Shown here one piece after another: positions 1 to 12,159 of a stretch of 64,000 nt of DNA. Numbering within the stretch: position 1 is the first letter of the stretch; each line of letters begins with the position of its first letter. The stretch comes from Botryllus schlosseri (Eukaryota), in assembly GCA_051294905.1 (NCBI GenBank), contig CM119371.1:5582001-5646000 (forward strand), given 5' to 3'. The translations under genes were made by a program, and so were the position numbers. The notes under the pieces are model-generated. The model was not told where the DNA came from, made no database searches, and worked only from the letters and a program-made list of their open reading frames with translations.

Positions 1-78
1 CTATCACTAACCTCGTATAATATATGTTCATTGTTCAATAATGTTCAGTTTATGTCATAGTCCTTGTACAAATAAAAA

Positions 79-245
79 GTAATCGTGCTTTCACAAAGAA
101 ATCGAATAAATATTGGAAGTAGTCGATTACGATTACGATTACTTCGAATTTTTGTCGAATGTAATCGATTGCGATTACGATTACTTCAAAATGCTGTAAT
201 CGTCGTAATCGATTACGATTACTAATCGCGATTACCCCATGTCTG
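79..245. mobile_element. Terminal part of a MITE with GATTAC/GTAATC subterminal repeats (other end not seen)
   Basis: Dense interspersed gattac/gtaatc motifs ending in ...attaccccatgtctg, a CAG-type terminus on the - strand. Confidence 0.5.
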
Positions 246-313
246 GTGACGATAGCATTTGATTGATACCATTTGTTATGAATTACGAGATATTTATGAT
301 GAATTGCAATGTC

Positions 314-559
314 GCAGGTGAGGCAAGACGCGCACGTGCCTCACCTGTGCCCAACTCTCCTTTCGCGCTGTATTTTTCAATAAGAATTATGCAAATTGAT
401 AATGTTGGGTGAAAAAATGTTCAAATTTAGTTATTTATGAACATCGATGTAAAATATTGATAATCATCGACTCATAGAGGGTTTTCACGATTTTCACTTA
501 CTCACCCTGAAGACAGGTGAGGCACTACCTCACCTGCCTTATTGGACCGCACGTCACTG
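314..559. mobile_element. Right end of a hAT-type MITE
   Basis: Ends in accgcacgtcactg, the reverse complement of cagtgacgtgcggt at ~48790. Internal aggtgaggca/tgcctcacct inverted motifs. Confidence 0.5.
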
Positions 560-821
560 TAATACTTATTGTATTGAATTCGTTGTTCTAATCCGAATCC
601 GAACATCCTAATTAGAGGTCTAATGTACCAAATTATGAGGTTCTATATGAATCAACCGAATTAATGAAATGTCTGAGACAACAGTAAATTATGTTGATGT
701 CCTCCCTAACAAATGAGCTTGAAGAAGGTAAGTTTACCACAGTAACGCTTTTACTAAAACGTTTTTAAGGTAACATGCTATTAAGCGGTAACCAAACCCA
801 GAATCAGCATACCAATGACAC

Positions 822-1544
822 CAGGGCCGGCCAACCCGTGGCCCGCGAGCCACATGTGGCCCGTCTGACAGTATTGAGTGGCCCGCGAGGTAATTTCCGA
901 AATCAGTAATATTATCAAAAATGGATTGCACAGATTGTGAACTTGCAAGGCCAACCAAAAATTTGATTAGTCTGGCCGCAATTCTTGAGATTTGATGAAT
1001 AAAATATCAGTTCCGACGCATTGGCAGATCCATGAGCCATCCACATTTTGGTAGATCTTCGTACACTACAATAAAGCAGAATACTTTGCGATAGATTTAT
1101 CATAAGTAAAAATCTAATACACGCTTCGCTCAACATGTTGTCATTCGATTTTTTGCTTTTAATATTGTTACCCCTTTGTGAAAATGAAAGAACGCCTAAT
1201 GTATCGGATGGAGTGTAACTATATTCGCGATTACGAGACAAAGTGTCATTCAACATATGCGACCTTGCGTTTGCGCTTGCAGAAAGACCGTCGACTATGA
1301 AACCTAGGCCCAAAATGATTGACGCATGTTGGTCAAAGCTTCCGATATCGATATGTCCAGGCGCCGAATAGTCTATTCCTTGCATCTGAGCCCAGCGATA
1401 TACAGCCGGCCCGCAATATAGTCAAGTGACAATATTATTGACCTACGAACTTCGAAAAACTTTCGCGCTTCGCGCGGCTGGTGGCCCGCGCAATAGTTTG
1501 CCAATCAAATGTGGCCCTTTGGCTAAAAAGGTTGGCCACCCCTG
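822..1544. mobile_element. hAT-type MITE
   Basis: TIRs cagggccggccaacc / ggttggccacccctg, ggcccgcg subterminal motifs, 8-bp TSD aatgacac/catgacac (1 mismatch). Confidence 0.85.
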
Positions 1545-2469
1545 CATGACACGATCACTTCTCACTTATTCAAATTTCCAACTTGTCATAAGAATCGGCA
1601 AAACCTACTTCCATCCCCAATGTTGACGAATTGATTGAGGATGACCAGCTAATAAAAAGGCTAACACATGTGCGTTATCATCAAATCAAGGTTTAAATTG
1701 TTTTATTCCATGTCCATGTATTATCTCCATGTCGCCATGATTACTATATAATCATACTATCATACAATCATATTATAATGCGGCCCGCGAGCAGAAAAGT
1801 TTGCCCACTCCTGTGCTAGACCCTAATGTCACGTAGCTATCTGTCAATAACGATGAAGAAGCGCGGTATCTCATCATAACTACAGCACATTCATAATACC
1901 TTCGGAAGCCTAAATATATATTAATGATATAAATGTCTGCGCTGCAGCCAACAGCGCGTGAAAATAAATATCGTGAATCCTAAAATTCGCAGCAATTATT
2001 TCTAGAGATCTGCCAGAATATTTGGGAAACGAAAGCATGATATCGCTAGTTATATTCGATTCTGCTCGGGCGTTAATTCATTACTGCGCAATGTGAAGTC
2101 TGCCTATATCAGTCATACCATTTGAGCAACCTATTACTACGGCATTCTGAAAACTGTACTGTTCAACTTGAAATAGTGTCAACCAGAGTAATAGCGTTCT
2201 TAGTCTGAAATGTTACGCCCTATGCGTTCGTTATAGCCTTGGGCAACGATATCATGATCGCTGTGAAAAATGAAACGAGGCAAACTTCACGATCAGGAAA
2301 AGCAGTCTACCGTGGAAAAGTGTAGCGAATGTTTAGGAAATAAAAACCGTCTACATTTGAGTTGTATGTCCATTGTCCAAGTATCAGATATTAAACTGAA
2401 TAATGGTTGTTTGAGAATATGTAAGTAGTATATGTGATCGCTGGCACATTGGTGTTTTTAACATGGGGT

Positions 2470-2845
2470 AGTATAGGCCCCTCTGGTGAGGTGCCGCGAA
2501 ACTCGTGTTGGTGATGGCACCCTTTTGACCCCCCCCCTCCGCTGGTGAGGTGCCATGTGTTCTTATGGGATCTCTGGTGATGGTACCCTTTCGGGTATAG
2601 GCTGCGTCGGTGATGTGCCGTGAAAACTCGTATTGGTGATGGTACCCTTTCAGACCCCCTATCGCTCATGATGTGCCATGTATTTTTCCGCGATCTCTGG
2701 TGATGTGCCATTGTTTCTTACGTGATCTCTGGTGATGTGCCATTGTTTATCATGGGATCTCTGGTGATACCACCCTTTCAGGTATAGGCTGCGATGATGA
2801 CCTGCCTGATAACGTTACGGGTATAGGGATCTCTGGTGAGGTGGT
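2470..2845. repeat. Degenerate tandem array of the (ctc)tggtgatgtgcc motif
   Basis: About 10 copies of tggtga(t/g)(g)tgcc/ggtacc with shared gggatctctggtga and ggtataggc blocks. Confidence 0.8.
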
Positions 2846-3238
2846 GTTGAATATCAAGTATAGTAAACAGTGACGCCATTACTTAGAATGTATATTCAAT
2901 ATTATTATATATGACCGATTTGAGTTATTCCCAACGTTTGCGGCGAGTGCGACAATGATATATCGTTATTCTTATGGACGCGGTGATACGGTGACGTAGC
3001 TGATATAGACGCGACATGATAGTGTTAGGGACCGCGGTGCTACTTAAAGACGCCATAGTTCAGACATGACAAATGACCGATCGTGTTCTAAGTCTTTCCT
3101 CGCTATTGATCGCTAGCTGAATAGTACTTTCAGATCGGATTATTCGCACCTTGTATACCGCTGTTTCGCACCTACAGAATAGTCTGCTGTTCACAGTTAC
3201 AACAAGAATCACAAGTATACACATTATACATTCATTTA

Positions 3239-3421
3239 TTACTCTGAAATCAAACTCTTCACAAAAGCACGCACAATCGTATCATTCACTTTTTTATCAT
3301 CCCCAAAATTATTCAAGTATTCCTTGGTTGAAAATCCTTGAGTCCTTATTATCAAAAATGGTATGGTGCGGTGTCGGAATCCATTCGCAGGATGTACTAA
3401 AGGTAAATTCAGATAATCCAC
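3239..3421 (-). pseudogene. Short ORF remnant of unknown family, paralog of 4491-4673
   Basis: DYLNLPLVHPANGFRHRTI matches DYLNLPIEHLANGFRHRTI in the other copy; DNA similarity at 3361-3420 vs 4591-4650. Confidence 0.5.
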
Positions 3422-4194
3422 CCGCGATCGCTCGCAAGATAATACCTAAAGGCCGTATCAGACGAGGCGATGTCGGCGGAGCGTTAGTGTTTGTTTTATC
3501 ATCGCTGCCATCGGCCGAATCGCCGCCGATTTTAATTGACAGTGTCAATTAACTCGGCGACATCGCCGGCGATGAGAGAAGTGAGAGATGCGCTCATGCG
3601 TATCCATATATAAACCAGTGTCGAGACTTGAATAGCGTCACTTTTGCTCAAGCCGTTTTGCGGACGGACTATCTGGCGAGGCATTGCGAAACGAATTACT
3701 GTGATGTAGTACTAAATTATTGAGCTGCTTCACTTATCCAGTATAGCCGGCGTTGCAAAATCGGATTCACCCACCACCTTCGAGTAGCACCAGCACGCGC
3801 ACATTCTTCTGCAGCTATCATGGCAGTCAAAACTCGTGCTACTTTCAACTTTTTTGACCTACCCTTACAAATACCATACTACCATGGTTCCGAGAAGGTT
3901 TCATTCGACAAGACATTGCAGCATGAACACATTGGACAGGCATCATAACCATATTGCAGAATTAGTTTCGAATATTTTCGGCTAGTTGTTACTTTGTTTC
4001 TGGATAATTTTGACCAGACGTGACTTTTGACTTCAAGCCGAAAGAAAAGAAAATCGTCAGCTCGACAAACAAAACGGACAATGTACCCCTTGTTATAGGA
4101 CTGGTAGCACTCTAAATTTGTTCTGTCAAAGGTCCAAGGAAATATAAACCAGCCAACTCTAGGCCCTAAATGTATCTAGCTCCGCTGCACAATT

Positions 4195-4365
4195 AGGATT
4201 CTTCAGAATATTTATTCTGTTCGGATTTTCTGGATTACGGACAAGATTTTTCCGATTTGCATGGTTATTTGGATGAGATTGTTCGTATTCGGAAGGATTG
4301 CTCCTCAGAGCTTTGAGCTGTCGGATGGATTTGGATTCTCATAAATCACTATCCGCCCATCACTG
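4195..4365. mobile_element. Terminal fragment of the hAT family seen at 14382-16955
   Basis: Reverse complement resembles cagtgatgagcggat...aatccgtccgacag; ends atccgcccatcactg. Confidence 0.65.
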
Positions 4366-4490
4366 ATCATAATACGGTAGTATGTACAGTACATTGTACA
4401 GTGTACCTGAACTGTACAACAACAAAAAACCTATTCGCAGATGTCAATCATCCCCGAGCAGGTTTAAATGCACTTATTTCTGGCCCAACC

Positions 4491-4673
4491 CTAATCCTCT
4501 ATCAAGTTGACGCTTATCCAAAAAGGTGTGAAATAATTGTAAAATCCTACGTCGGTGACGCGATAATGCATCAGGCATAGCGATCTAGTTATAGTACGGT
4601 GTCGGAATCCATTCGCGAGATGTTCTATAGGTAAATTGAGATAATCCGAAACCGAATATTTGGACTTTGACAT
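4491..4673 (-). pseudogene. Short ORF of unknown family, paralog of 3239-3421
   Basis: Shares the DYLNLPxxHxANGFRHRTI motif. The frame extends upstream (YRNGTWKDGSPVSIQT) to a stop, suggesting decay of a longer ORF. Confidence 0.5.
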
Positions 4674-6602
4674 AGTCTGAATTGAAACAGGACTACCATC
4701 TTTCCAAGTACCATTTCGATATTATACACACATTGATTTGAAATAAGTAATGAAACATTACAACTCTATTCACGGTCTGGCTTTCCGTTTGTCAAAGAGA
4801 CATTTTAACATCTTACCATACTCAAAAGAACTATTCATAATATTAACCGGTGTTAAAAATATAGTTTTCACTTACTTGATTATATCACTACAACTCGCAA
4901 ACTTGAATTAATTCATCCTGGTTGTATTCGTATGATCGATCTTTTTTATTCAATTGTAAAGGTTGTTACTATTCTGAAGACAAAGTATTTACTAATCGGT
5001 GCATATACGATTTGACTTGGACATATTATATTTTGAGTATACGAGATTTGAATGTCTGAACAATAACTGAGAATTAAATGATCGCAAGTGAATCCGTATA
5101 TTACAGCGTAAAAGATATTGGAATGTCAGCAACTCTGTAAGGTCATAGTTACTACCACATTACCTAATTTACCCGACCAACTCGTCATGATCATTCCTGA
5201 AATCAACACAAACATGACCACTGACTTGAGTTAACCACAAAACAGCATCAAGTTTTAAATCCACTTGTAGCTTACGACTTATTTGAATGCGGTTTATGTT
5301 TTGTTGTAATTGAGTGTACGGAAATAGTGTTACGTCTCGACATCTCACCATCTTACCATATTCAAAGAGTCAACCACGAAAACATTGTCAAGTAAATCCG
5401 TTTGTAACTTACCCGACCAACTCAAGCAGTCAGCCAAGCATACACGAGTCCATACAATCACTACAACCTAAAATCCATAACAAGTTCGGTTGTACTCATA
5501 TCCCTACGATGCATCATTTTTATTCAACTTTAAAAGTCGTTACTATTCTGTAAGATAGAGGAATTACTACGCGGTATATTTTGCAAGACAAAGTAATTAT
5601 TACTCGATATATTTTGTAAGACAAAAGTAATTACTACCCGGTGCAGGTGACTTGAGATTAACATAATATGTTTGAGTATACGAGATTTGAAAGTCTGATC
5701 AACGTATAGTTGCGACTTCATTTCTTACAATCGAACGCTGGTGTTATACCGAAAGTTACCATTCTGTAAACATAAGGATTGATACATAGATGTGTCATAT
5801 GTAATAGTTGATCATGACTTGATTATTAAATTATTCGTGTTAATTAGACCCGGCGTTGTGGTAAAGGTTATGACAACAACAATCTTTTCAGTACCGTTGT
5901 TATTAACATATCGAGTTGTAAAACTATGCGTGTCCGAAATGTTCATGATTGGAAAATTATTCTACCTTGATACATATGACTCTGCGTATCGCGGATATCA
6001 GAAAATATTTTACAAATGTAATTGTTTCCAGTAACCAAGACTAAAGATGAAACAACAATTTCGTTTGCTGATTAGCAACCGGTGCAATACTTTATTGTCG
6101 GAATCTGCGATATCGAATTGAAACATACGCACATTACGCAGTACGAAAATATCACTTTGGGCTCCGGGGCGGTGTCATTTAATCTGTGTTAAACTCTGCT
6201 CACACTCTCTGTCGAAAATGCGTGAAATGTAAAAACATTACGAGGTCACACTCTAAGACTTTGATCATCAAAAAAGTTAATAGAGGTATCTTTATTGGAT
6301 AGATTCTATTCAACTGGTCTTGGTTAATACAAAATCCATCAAACAGCAATATCGAAGTATGTGCTACACTGAAATCTACAAAAATGTGTTTGTATTGCTG
6401 TTCATAGTAGCGATATCGATTTGAACCTCCAGAATAATTGTCATCATGTAAGGGAAGTTGTTGTCAATTTGTACGATGTTCACTGAATGCGTACTCTTCT
6501 AGAACTATTGTGTAACACACACGATCAGAGAAATTGGAAATTTCCCCATTGTCATTCGTCACAATACTCGGCCACTAAAATACGTTACTTGAATGTGATT
6601 GA

Positions 6603-6841
6603 ATCGCTGGCAGTTAACTCGATAAATCAAACCCCTAAGAAATTTCACTCACTCATTGGATATTAAACAGGGTCGCCTAATTGGTGTGGGTCGCTTTTTC
6701 TAAATACAAATCATACCTGGCCATCGCTGATAATTAACTCGGTAAATCAAAACCCTAAGAAATTTCACTCACTCGTTGGATATTAAACAGTGTCACCTAA
6801 TCGGTGTGGATCGTTTTTCTAAATGTAAATCATATAGGTCC
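6603..6841. repeat. Two-copy 120-bp tandem duplication
   Basis: atcgctg...taaatcaaa.ccctaagaaatttcactcactc.ttggatattaaacag occurs at 6603 and 6723. Confidence 0.9.
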
Positions 6842-8574
6842 AGCAGAAAAATTTTCACCCACTCGGAAATCAAACCAATGTGTTGGTCTCCATTGGATAT
6901 TTTTGGGGGGTCAAATACTCTGCAATGAACACATTTGAGTGGTTGAGCTTTACATCATCAAGCTGTCATTTGTAAATCAAGATTTCGGTAAACTTGTAAA
7001 TGTATCGTTTAACTAACCGACATTTAGTGATTGGTGAACATACCAAACGATACACATCCACCTCGAAATACCCCGTTGATCGTAATTTTCATCATCGTAA
7101 TAATCGAAGTACATTTGTGTCGAATTCGTAACAACCGACTTTTCTATGACATGATAAATTTTTGACAAGTTTTACTTAGAAGGTTGGTGCATATCGCAAA
7201 AAATAATATACCATTCATATTGATACTGTTACTCCATTGATCGGTATTTTCAAACGAGTAAAATTTATTACTTGAGTTGTTCCGCTTACTATATGTAAAT
7301 GTTAACTCATCCATCTTTCAAAACCACAACGATCAACGATAAAAAGTATGCAATCAAACACAACATGTTTTACTTTTGAAGGACACTAATTATTATCTCA
7401 TTTCGTACTAAGTGTATACGAAAGATATTCATGACACACGAAAATACTCGCTCATGCTACGAATCTGTACAATGATTGGTGGCGCTTTCAAACTGTTTCG
7501 ATGTCACAAGAACTTTATTGCCTGAATGGTTGTTCATGTATCTTAATAATCAAATAGTTCAACACAGAACTAGTACGAACAGAAACATCAGAGTTGTTTA
7601 CACAAAAGTTTGTATGCGTGCAGTATGCGAATACCATGTGTAAGTCGAGCACAGTTGCGGTATCCATCCAAGTTTAGTTAACACAAATTCATTAAAACGG
7701 AGCCGCGTAAACTTTCGTGAAAGAAAAGCATACCCACTTCCCGAGGGTTCTGTCAATGTCATAACAATAAACCAGATACTCCAACAACAGAGTACATATG
7801 TTTTCTAGTCACGGTCCTTACATCTTTCACATAGATCAATCTACTTTGCTACCGAAAAGTGCTGAGTCATCACATGATTGTCCTCACAACAAAACAACCA
7901 ATAGATGGAGCTGTATTAAAATTTTCCTAACCCTTTGCACACCAGTGACAAATTGTTTAGTGTATCGAGTTGTTGTTCAGCGTCAAGTCTCCATGTTGAA
8001 CCATACATTAAAACAGCGCAATCACAATCCAATTAAAACCACGAATCTATTTTCATTTCCTCACAAACTGCCACATACAGAAAAATGAATTTTATTTTCC
8101 CAAAACATACTTGTAACCATTCGCTTTCATTAAACACACAACACCATAAAAGTATTTACTTTCTGCAACATAGACATTCCGATGTAATCAAGAAATATTT
8201 TTATTATTCAAAATCATCGACTTCTGTTTACGGCGTTTGTGTGTGCATGTCATACATGTGGGGGCCCGTATTAAAATGGAAACGGCACGACTGAATGTAA
8301 GGATATAAAAGTCTATCGCATAGATTTACATGTGGTCTTCGCTACGGTTTCAAAAAACGAATCATCTCTTTTGCATTGATCGAGACCGAGCAAGTTAGTT
8401 AATGGCCATGATTCTGTTTGTCATATGCGAATGATATGGTTACTGTCAAATCTACATACAACAACCTTCTGGCACTCATAATAGCAATTTAATTATCCCC
8501 CTTCGTAATTGTATATTCACGACAAGTATATTGTACAACTCGACAGCTACGTTTAACAAGACCAACGACACCGA

Positions 8575-9060
8575 ACCCACGACGTTTACCTATGTAAAAT
8601 TACCACTTTCACTTGGCAGTCCGGTGTTTACCTGAGTAAACATATCATTTTCCTTTGGAGATCTGACGTTTACCGAGAGTGACAATACATTTTCACTTGG
8701 AAATATATTTTTTCCCCGGGTAACAAACCTTTTTCACTTGGAATTTTTTTTTCCGGGTAACAAACCTTTTTCACTTGGAAATGTACTTTTTCTCTTGGTA
8801 ACAAACCTTTTTCACTTGGAAATATATTTTTTCTCTGGGTAACAAACCTTTTTCACTTGGAAATATATTTTTTCCCTGAGCAACAAACCGTTTTCACTGA
8901 GCAACAAACCATTTTCACTTGGCGGGTCGTCGTTTACCTGAGTAAAAAATATAATTTTCCTTTGGAGATCTGGCGTTTACCCAGTGTAACAATACATTTC
9001 CTCTTGGTCATCTAGCTTTTCCTAAAGTAACAAAACCATTTTCATTTTGAAATCTGACAA
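8575..9060. repeat. Minisatellite, ~41-bp unit
   Basis: Repeated aacaaacctttttcacttggaaatatattttt units flanked by more diverged gacgtttacc...tttc(a/c)cttgg units. Confidence 0.9.
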
Positions 9061-9889
9061 ACACACCTGACAATTTGGTATTTGTTGTATTGACGATAGT
9101 TTGAAATAGATTACAACGAACAGTGACGGAAATATACACGGACTACCGGTTTCAGAGTATACCCCCATCAGTCGTATCACATCAATATCATCGGTTAACC
9201 ACATACAATATGCTCTTGTACACCGAAATGAATGTTTTGGAAAATTGGACAATAGGCTTCGATAGTTCTGTGATGTCCGGTCTCGTGCTTTGGATTTTCC
9301 AGAGTCAAAATGTCTGAATAAAACACCTCCTCGACGATGGTTGGTATGTGGATAACGGTGTTCGGAAAACGGTTGGATTTATGTTGCCCATCGCGATAAC
9401 AATTCCAGGTCGAGTTTTCTCCCGTATGTTTACTATATTGTGTCTTTATTGGTCAATGTATGTCTCGACATTCAGTTTGAAATCGGAAACCCTGCTAAAG
9501 TATGTAACCGGATCCGGATATCAACTCTGAATCGATAAACCAATGAACAATATTCAAAGTAAACATGTTACACCCTGTGTTTCCACGAAAAAATACCATC
9601 CAGACATACGTCGCGCTTGTTTGCTCACACCAGTATACGCGTAAATGGAGGTGTGTGACATTGCATGCAATGTGTTGGTATACAAACATCGGGGAGTAAG
9701 CCTTCGATCGACAGACATTATCATAGCCGGTAATTTTGATGCAGATCGAATGTCATCAAGCACACCCGATAACAATGTCATACCAATAAGCCACATTGCA
9801 ATGACTCTGAGTCCGCGCAATTACATCGATATTTCGACACCGTTCACTGATTTATTCGATGGTTTTATCGCGTTGTAACATTACAACAT

Positions 9890-10096
9890 TTTTTTTTCTA
9901 TTTTCCTTTAACTAAACATTTCTTTACAGCCAGACTGTTCATAGTCAAGTGTACCTGTTTGATGCTGGTGTGATCAGACTAGATGACCTTCACGGTCTTA
10001 TCGATCATTCCTATCTAATACCGAATACTGTGCACGCATATTTTCTGTACCACCATCACTGCCGTTTGTTATGTATTTTGGTTCGATGAAAATAAA

Positions 10097-10111
<15 letters not shown>
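9890..10111 (+). mobile_element. 5'-truncated CR1/L2-like LINE 3' UTR with (CT)n tail
   Basis: Near-identical to 11890-12123 and 18310-18543; ends in aataaaga(ct)n. Confidence 0.85.
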
Positions 10112-10135
<24 letters not shown>

Positions 10136-10289
10136 GCATGATATACTGCATGATAATTCGACGATAATTAATGAAACGAATTGATAATACTGCATATTTA
10201 TTCAACGAAAATAAATGAAACGAATTGATAATACTGCATAATTATTCAACGAAAATTAATGAAATGAATTCAATAGCGCAAAAAAAATT

Positions 10290-11065
10290 AAATATTGTCG
10301 CTTTCGAATTGTACGGGGTCATAAAAATTTATCATTCGATTGTACACCATCCATCAAACATCCGTATCTTATGTGTGGCATCTTGCTCACTACCGTACAT
10401 CTTCAACCAAACAATGGGGGTGTTCATGTCCATGTGCATGTGCAGCATACTTCATATCCACGAATGCAGTGGAATGTGGCAATGCTAAGAGATTCGTCAT
10501 GAGCTTCCCCAGTAAAAAGGGAATTTTTATTCACCGAACGCATTGTGCAGATTTCAATTTTTGCAAAAATTCTGTTGGAGGGCATTTTGACTGATAACCT
10601 GCAACTCATATTGCGATCTTGCCAAAGCAGCCCATTCTTCCGACAAATCATCAAGCTCATCAAATAATATCACAGAGGGAAATTGCACAGCTAGAGGAAT
10701 GATTGATTTTACTATTCTTTGTGTTGATTAGGCTGTTAACGGATTCTATACACTCGCTCTTCATTTTTTCAGATACTTTCGCTCATAAGTACGGATTCGC
10801 AGCGCACCCTGTTACGTAATAATTGCTTGTTACTGCACCACCACATAGAATTATTGAAAACAAACACAGCCAGAGACAGTAAATCGCCTTATCAGCGGTA
10901 AATTTAGCGTATGATTTAGTAGTCTATAACCTTAGAATATTCATTGTTCGCACAAATGCAGAAAAACACTAGATTGGCAAAATTTTGCGCAAAATAACAC
11001 TAGAACACTAGGACGACCGAAAAAACACTAGATCTAGTGTTAAAACACTAGGAGTGGCACCACTG
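10290..11065 (-). mobile_element. Decayed hAT transposon remnant with one terminus
   Basis: The - strand reads KLMTNLLALPHSTAFV (~10450-10505), resembling the hAT C-terminal dimerisation motif. Terminus cactaggagtggcaccactg with cactag subterminal repeats. Confidence 0.5.
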
Positions 11066-11085
11066 CTATCAACACTTACGGAGAA

Positions 11086-11284
11086 TCGCGTTCATACTGG
11101 CCATAATTTCCCGCGAATTTACCGAAAAAACGACCTGTATGAACATAAGTTCGCGGTAACTCTAAATAGGTATGAACGCGCACTTTTCTCGGGACTGTTT
11201 CGGTAATTTTTTCTCTATGTGAACATCGCCTGTTTCGGAACTTGTTCCCGAAAGAGTTTCGTAAATCCGGTATGAAAAGGGCCT
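11086..11284. mobile_element. PIF/Harbinger-like MITE interrupting the LINE
   Basis: Right end ccggtatgaaaagggcct next to tta; left end cgcgttcatactgg; repeated gtatgaa motifs. The left TIR is imperfect. Confidence 0.5.
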
Positions 11285-11731
11285 TAGTTAGGTTGCTATT
11301 GGGTGGGGGTAAGTAGATATTTCCCTTTGACGAGGATCTCGTGTAATGGGAATGGACATTTTTTGCAGGTATGAAAAAGTCATCAAACACAGGAGGCAGA
11401 CTATTGGAAAAATATTTGTGAACAACTTTTGATACTTCGAAGCGATATAGCTCATCAACTCGCAAAATTCGATGCTTACGGTAGTAAGGCGATAAATTGG
11501 TACGTAAAGGTACAGATGAGATCAGCCGTATCGCACGGTTTTGCAGGGTTCGAATTCTGCACAGAAATGTTTTGCATGCACTTCCCCATACTACGATTCC
11601 ATATTGCAGGTGAGAGTGGAAAAGAGAAAAATATATGGTTCGTAGTATTGATCTGGAAACCAAAGATTGCAGACGGGTCATTATTCCCACACACCGAGCT
11701 AGTTTTGATATTGTGCATTCAATATGCTGCT
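11285..11731 (-). pseudogene. CR1/L2-like LINE ORF2, post-RT segment
   Basis: QHIECTISKLARCVGIM...LRTIYFSLFHSHLQYGIVVWG...LQNRAIRLI...HSHYTRS is typical of CR1/L2-group ORF2 C-termini. Confidence 0.9.
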
Positions 11732-12123
11732 CGGGACCTATCATTTGGAATGCATTACCACCACATATCCGTGAATTGCCTTATGATAGATTCAAAAAAG
11801 CCCTTCTTGATCACCTCTTATCGTTACACTAACACTGTTGCCCTACCTCGCCCAGACATTGCTTCATTGATCATTTGCTACCATCGTTTAATTTTTCTTC
11901 TATTTTATTTTTTTAACTACTGTAACTTTTTTTACAGCCAAACTGTTTAGAGTCAAGTGTACCTGTTTGATGCTGGTGTGATCAGACTAGATGACCCTCA
12001 CGGTCTTATCGATCATTCCTATCTAATACCGAATACTGTGCATGCATATTTTCTGTACCACCACCACTGCCGAGTGTTATGTATTTTGGTTTGATGAAAA
12101 ATAAAGACTCTCTCTCTCTCTCT
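11732..12123 (+). mobile_element. LINE 3' end (ORF2 last ~30 codons, 3' UTR, (CT)n tail) lying antisense inside the LINE ORF2
   Basis: SGPIIWNALPPHIRELPYDRFKKALLDHLL*, then UTR and tail; flanked by ctgct at 11727-11731 and 12124-12128. Confidence 0.85.
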
Positions 12124-12159
12124 CTGCTTCCAAGACATTTTAGCATCAATAGTGACACC

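Larger units (their letters stand above)
2424..9880. mobile_element. Candidate degenerate Polinton/Maverick-like (or other large DNA element) left end plus decayed accessory ORFs
   Basis: Begins AGTAGTATATGTG, followed by GC-richer subterminal repeats, then several short - strand paralogous ORF remnants and tandem repeats. No pPolB, integrase or capsid motif and no right TIR were recognised. Confidence 0.3.

Noticed and set aside
915..1385. 156-aa ORF
   Set aside because: It lies wholly within a 723-bp MITE and has no recognisable motif.
8690..8920. Regularly spaced repeats resembling a CRISPR array
   Set aside because: The intervening sequences are themselves similar, no cas genes are present and the context is eukaryotic; this is a minisatellite.
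11076..11744. 222-aa ORF as an intact gene
   Set aside because: It is a chimera of a LINE ORF2 fragment reading into a MITE, with its start supplied by the antisense LINE tail.
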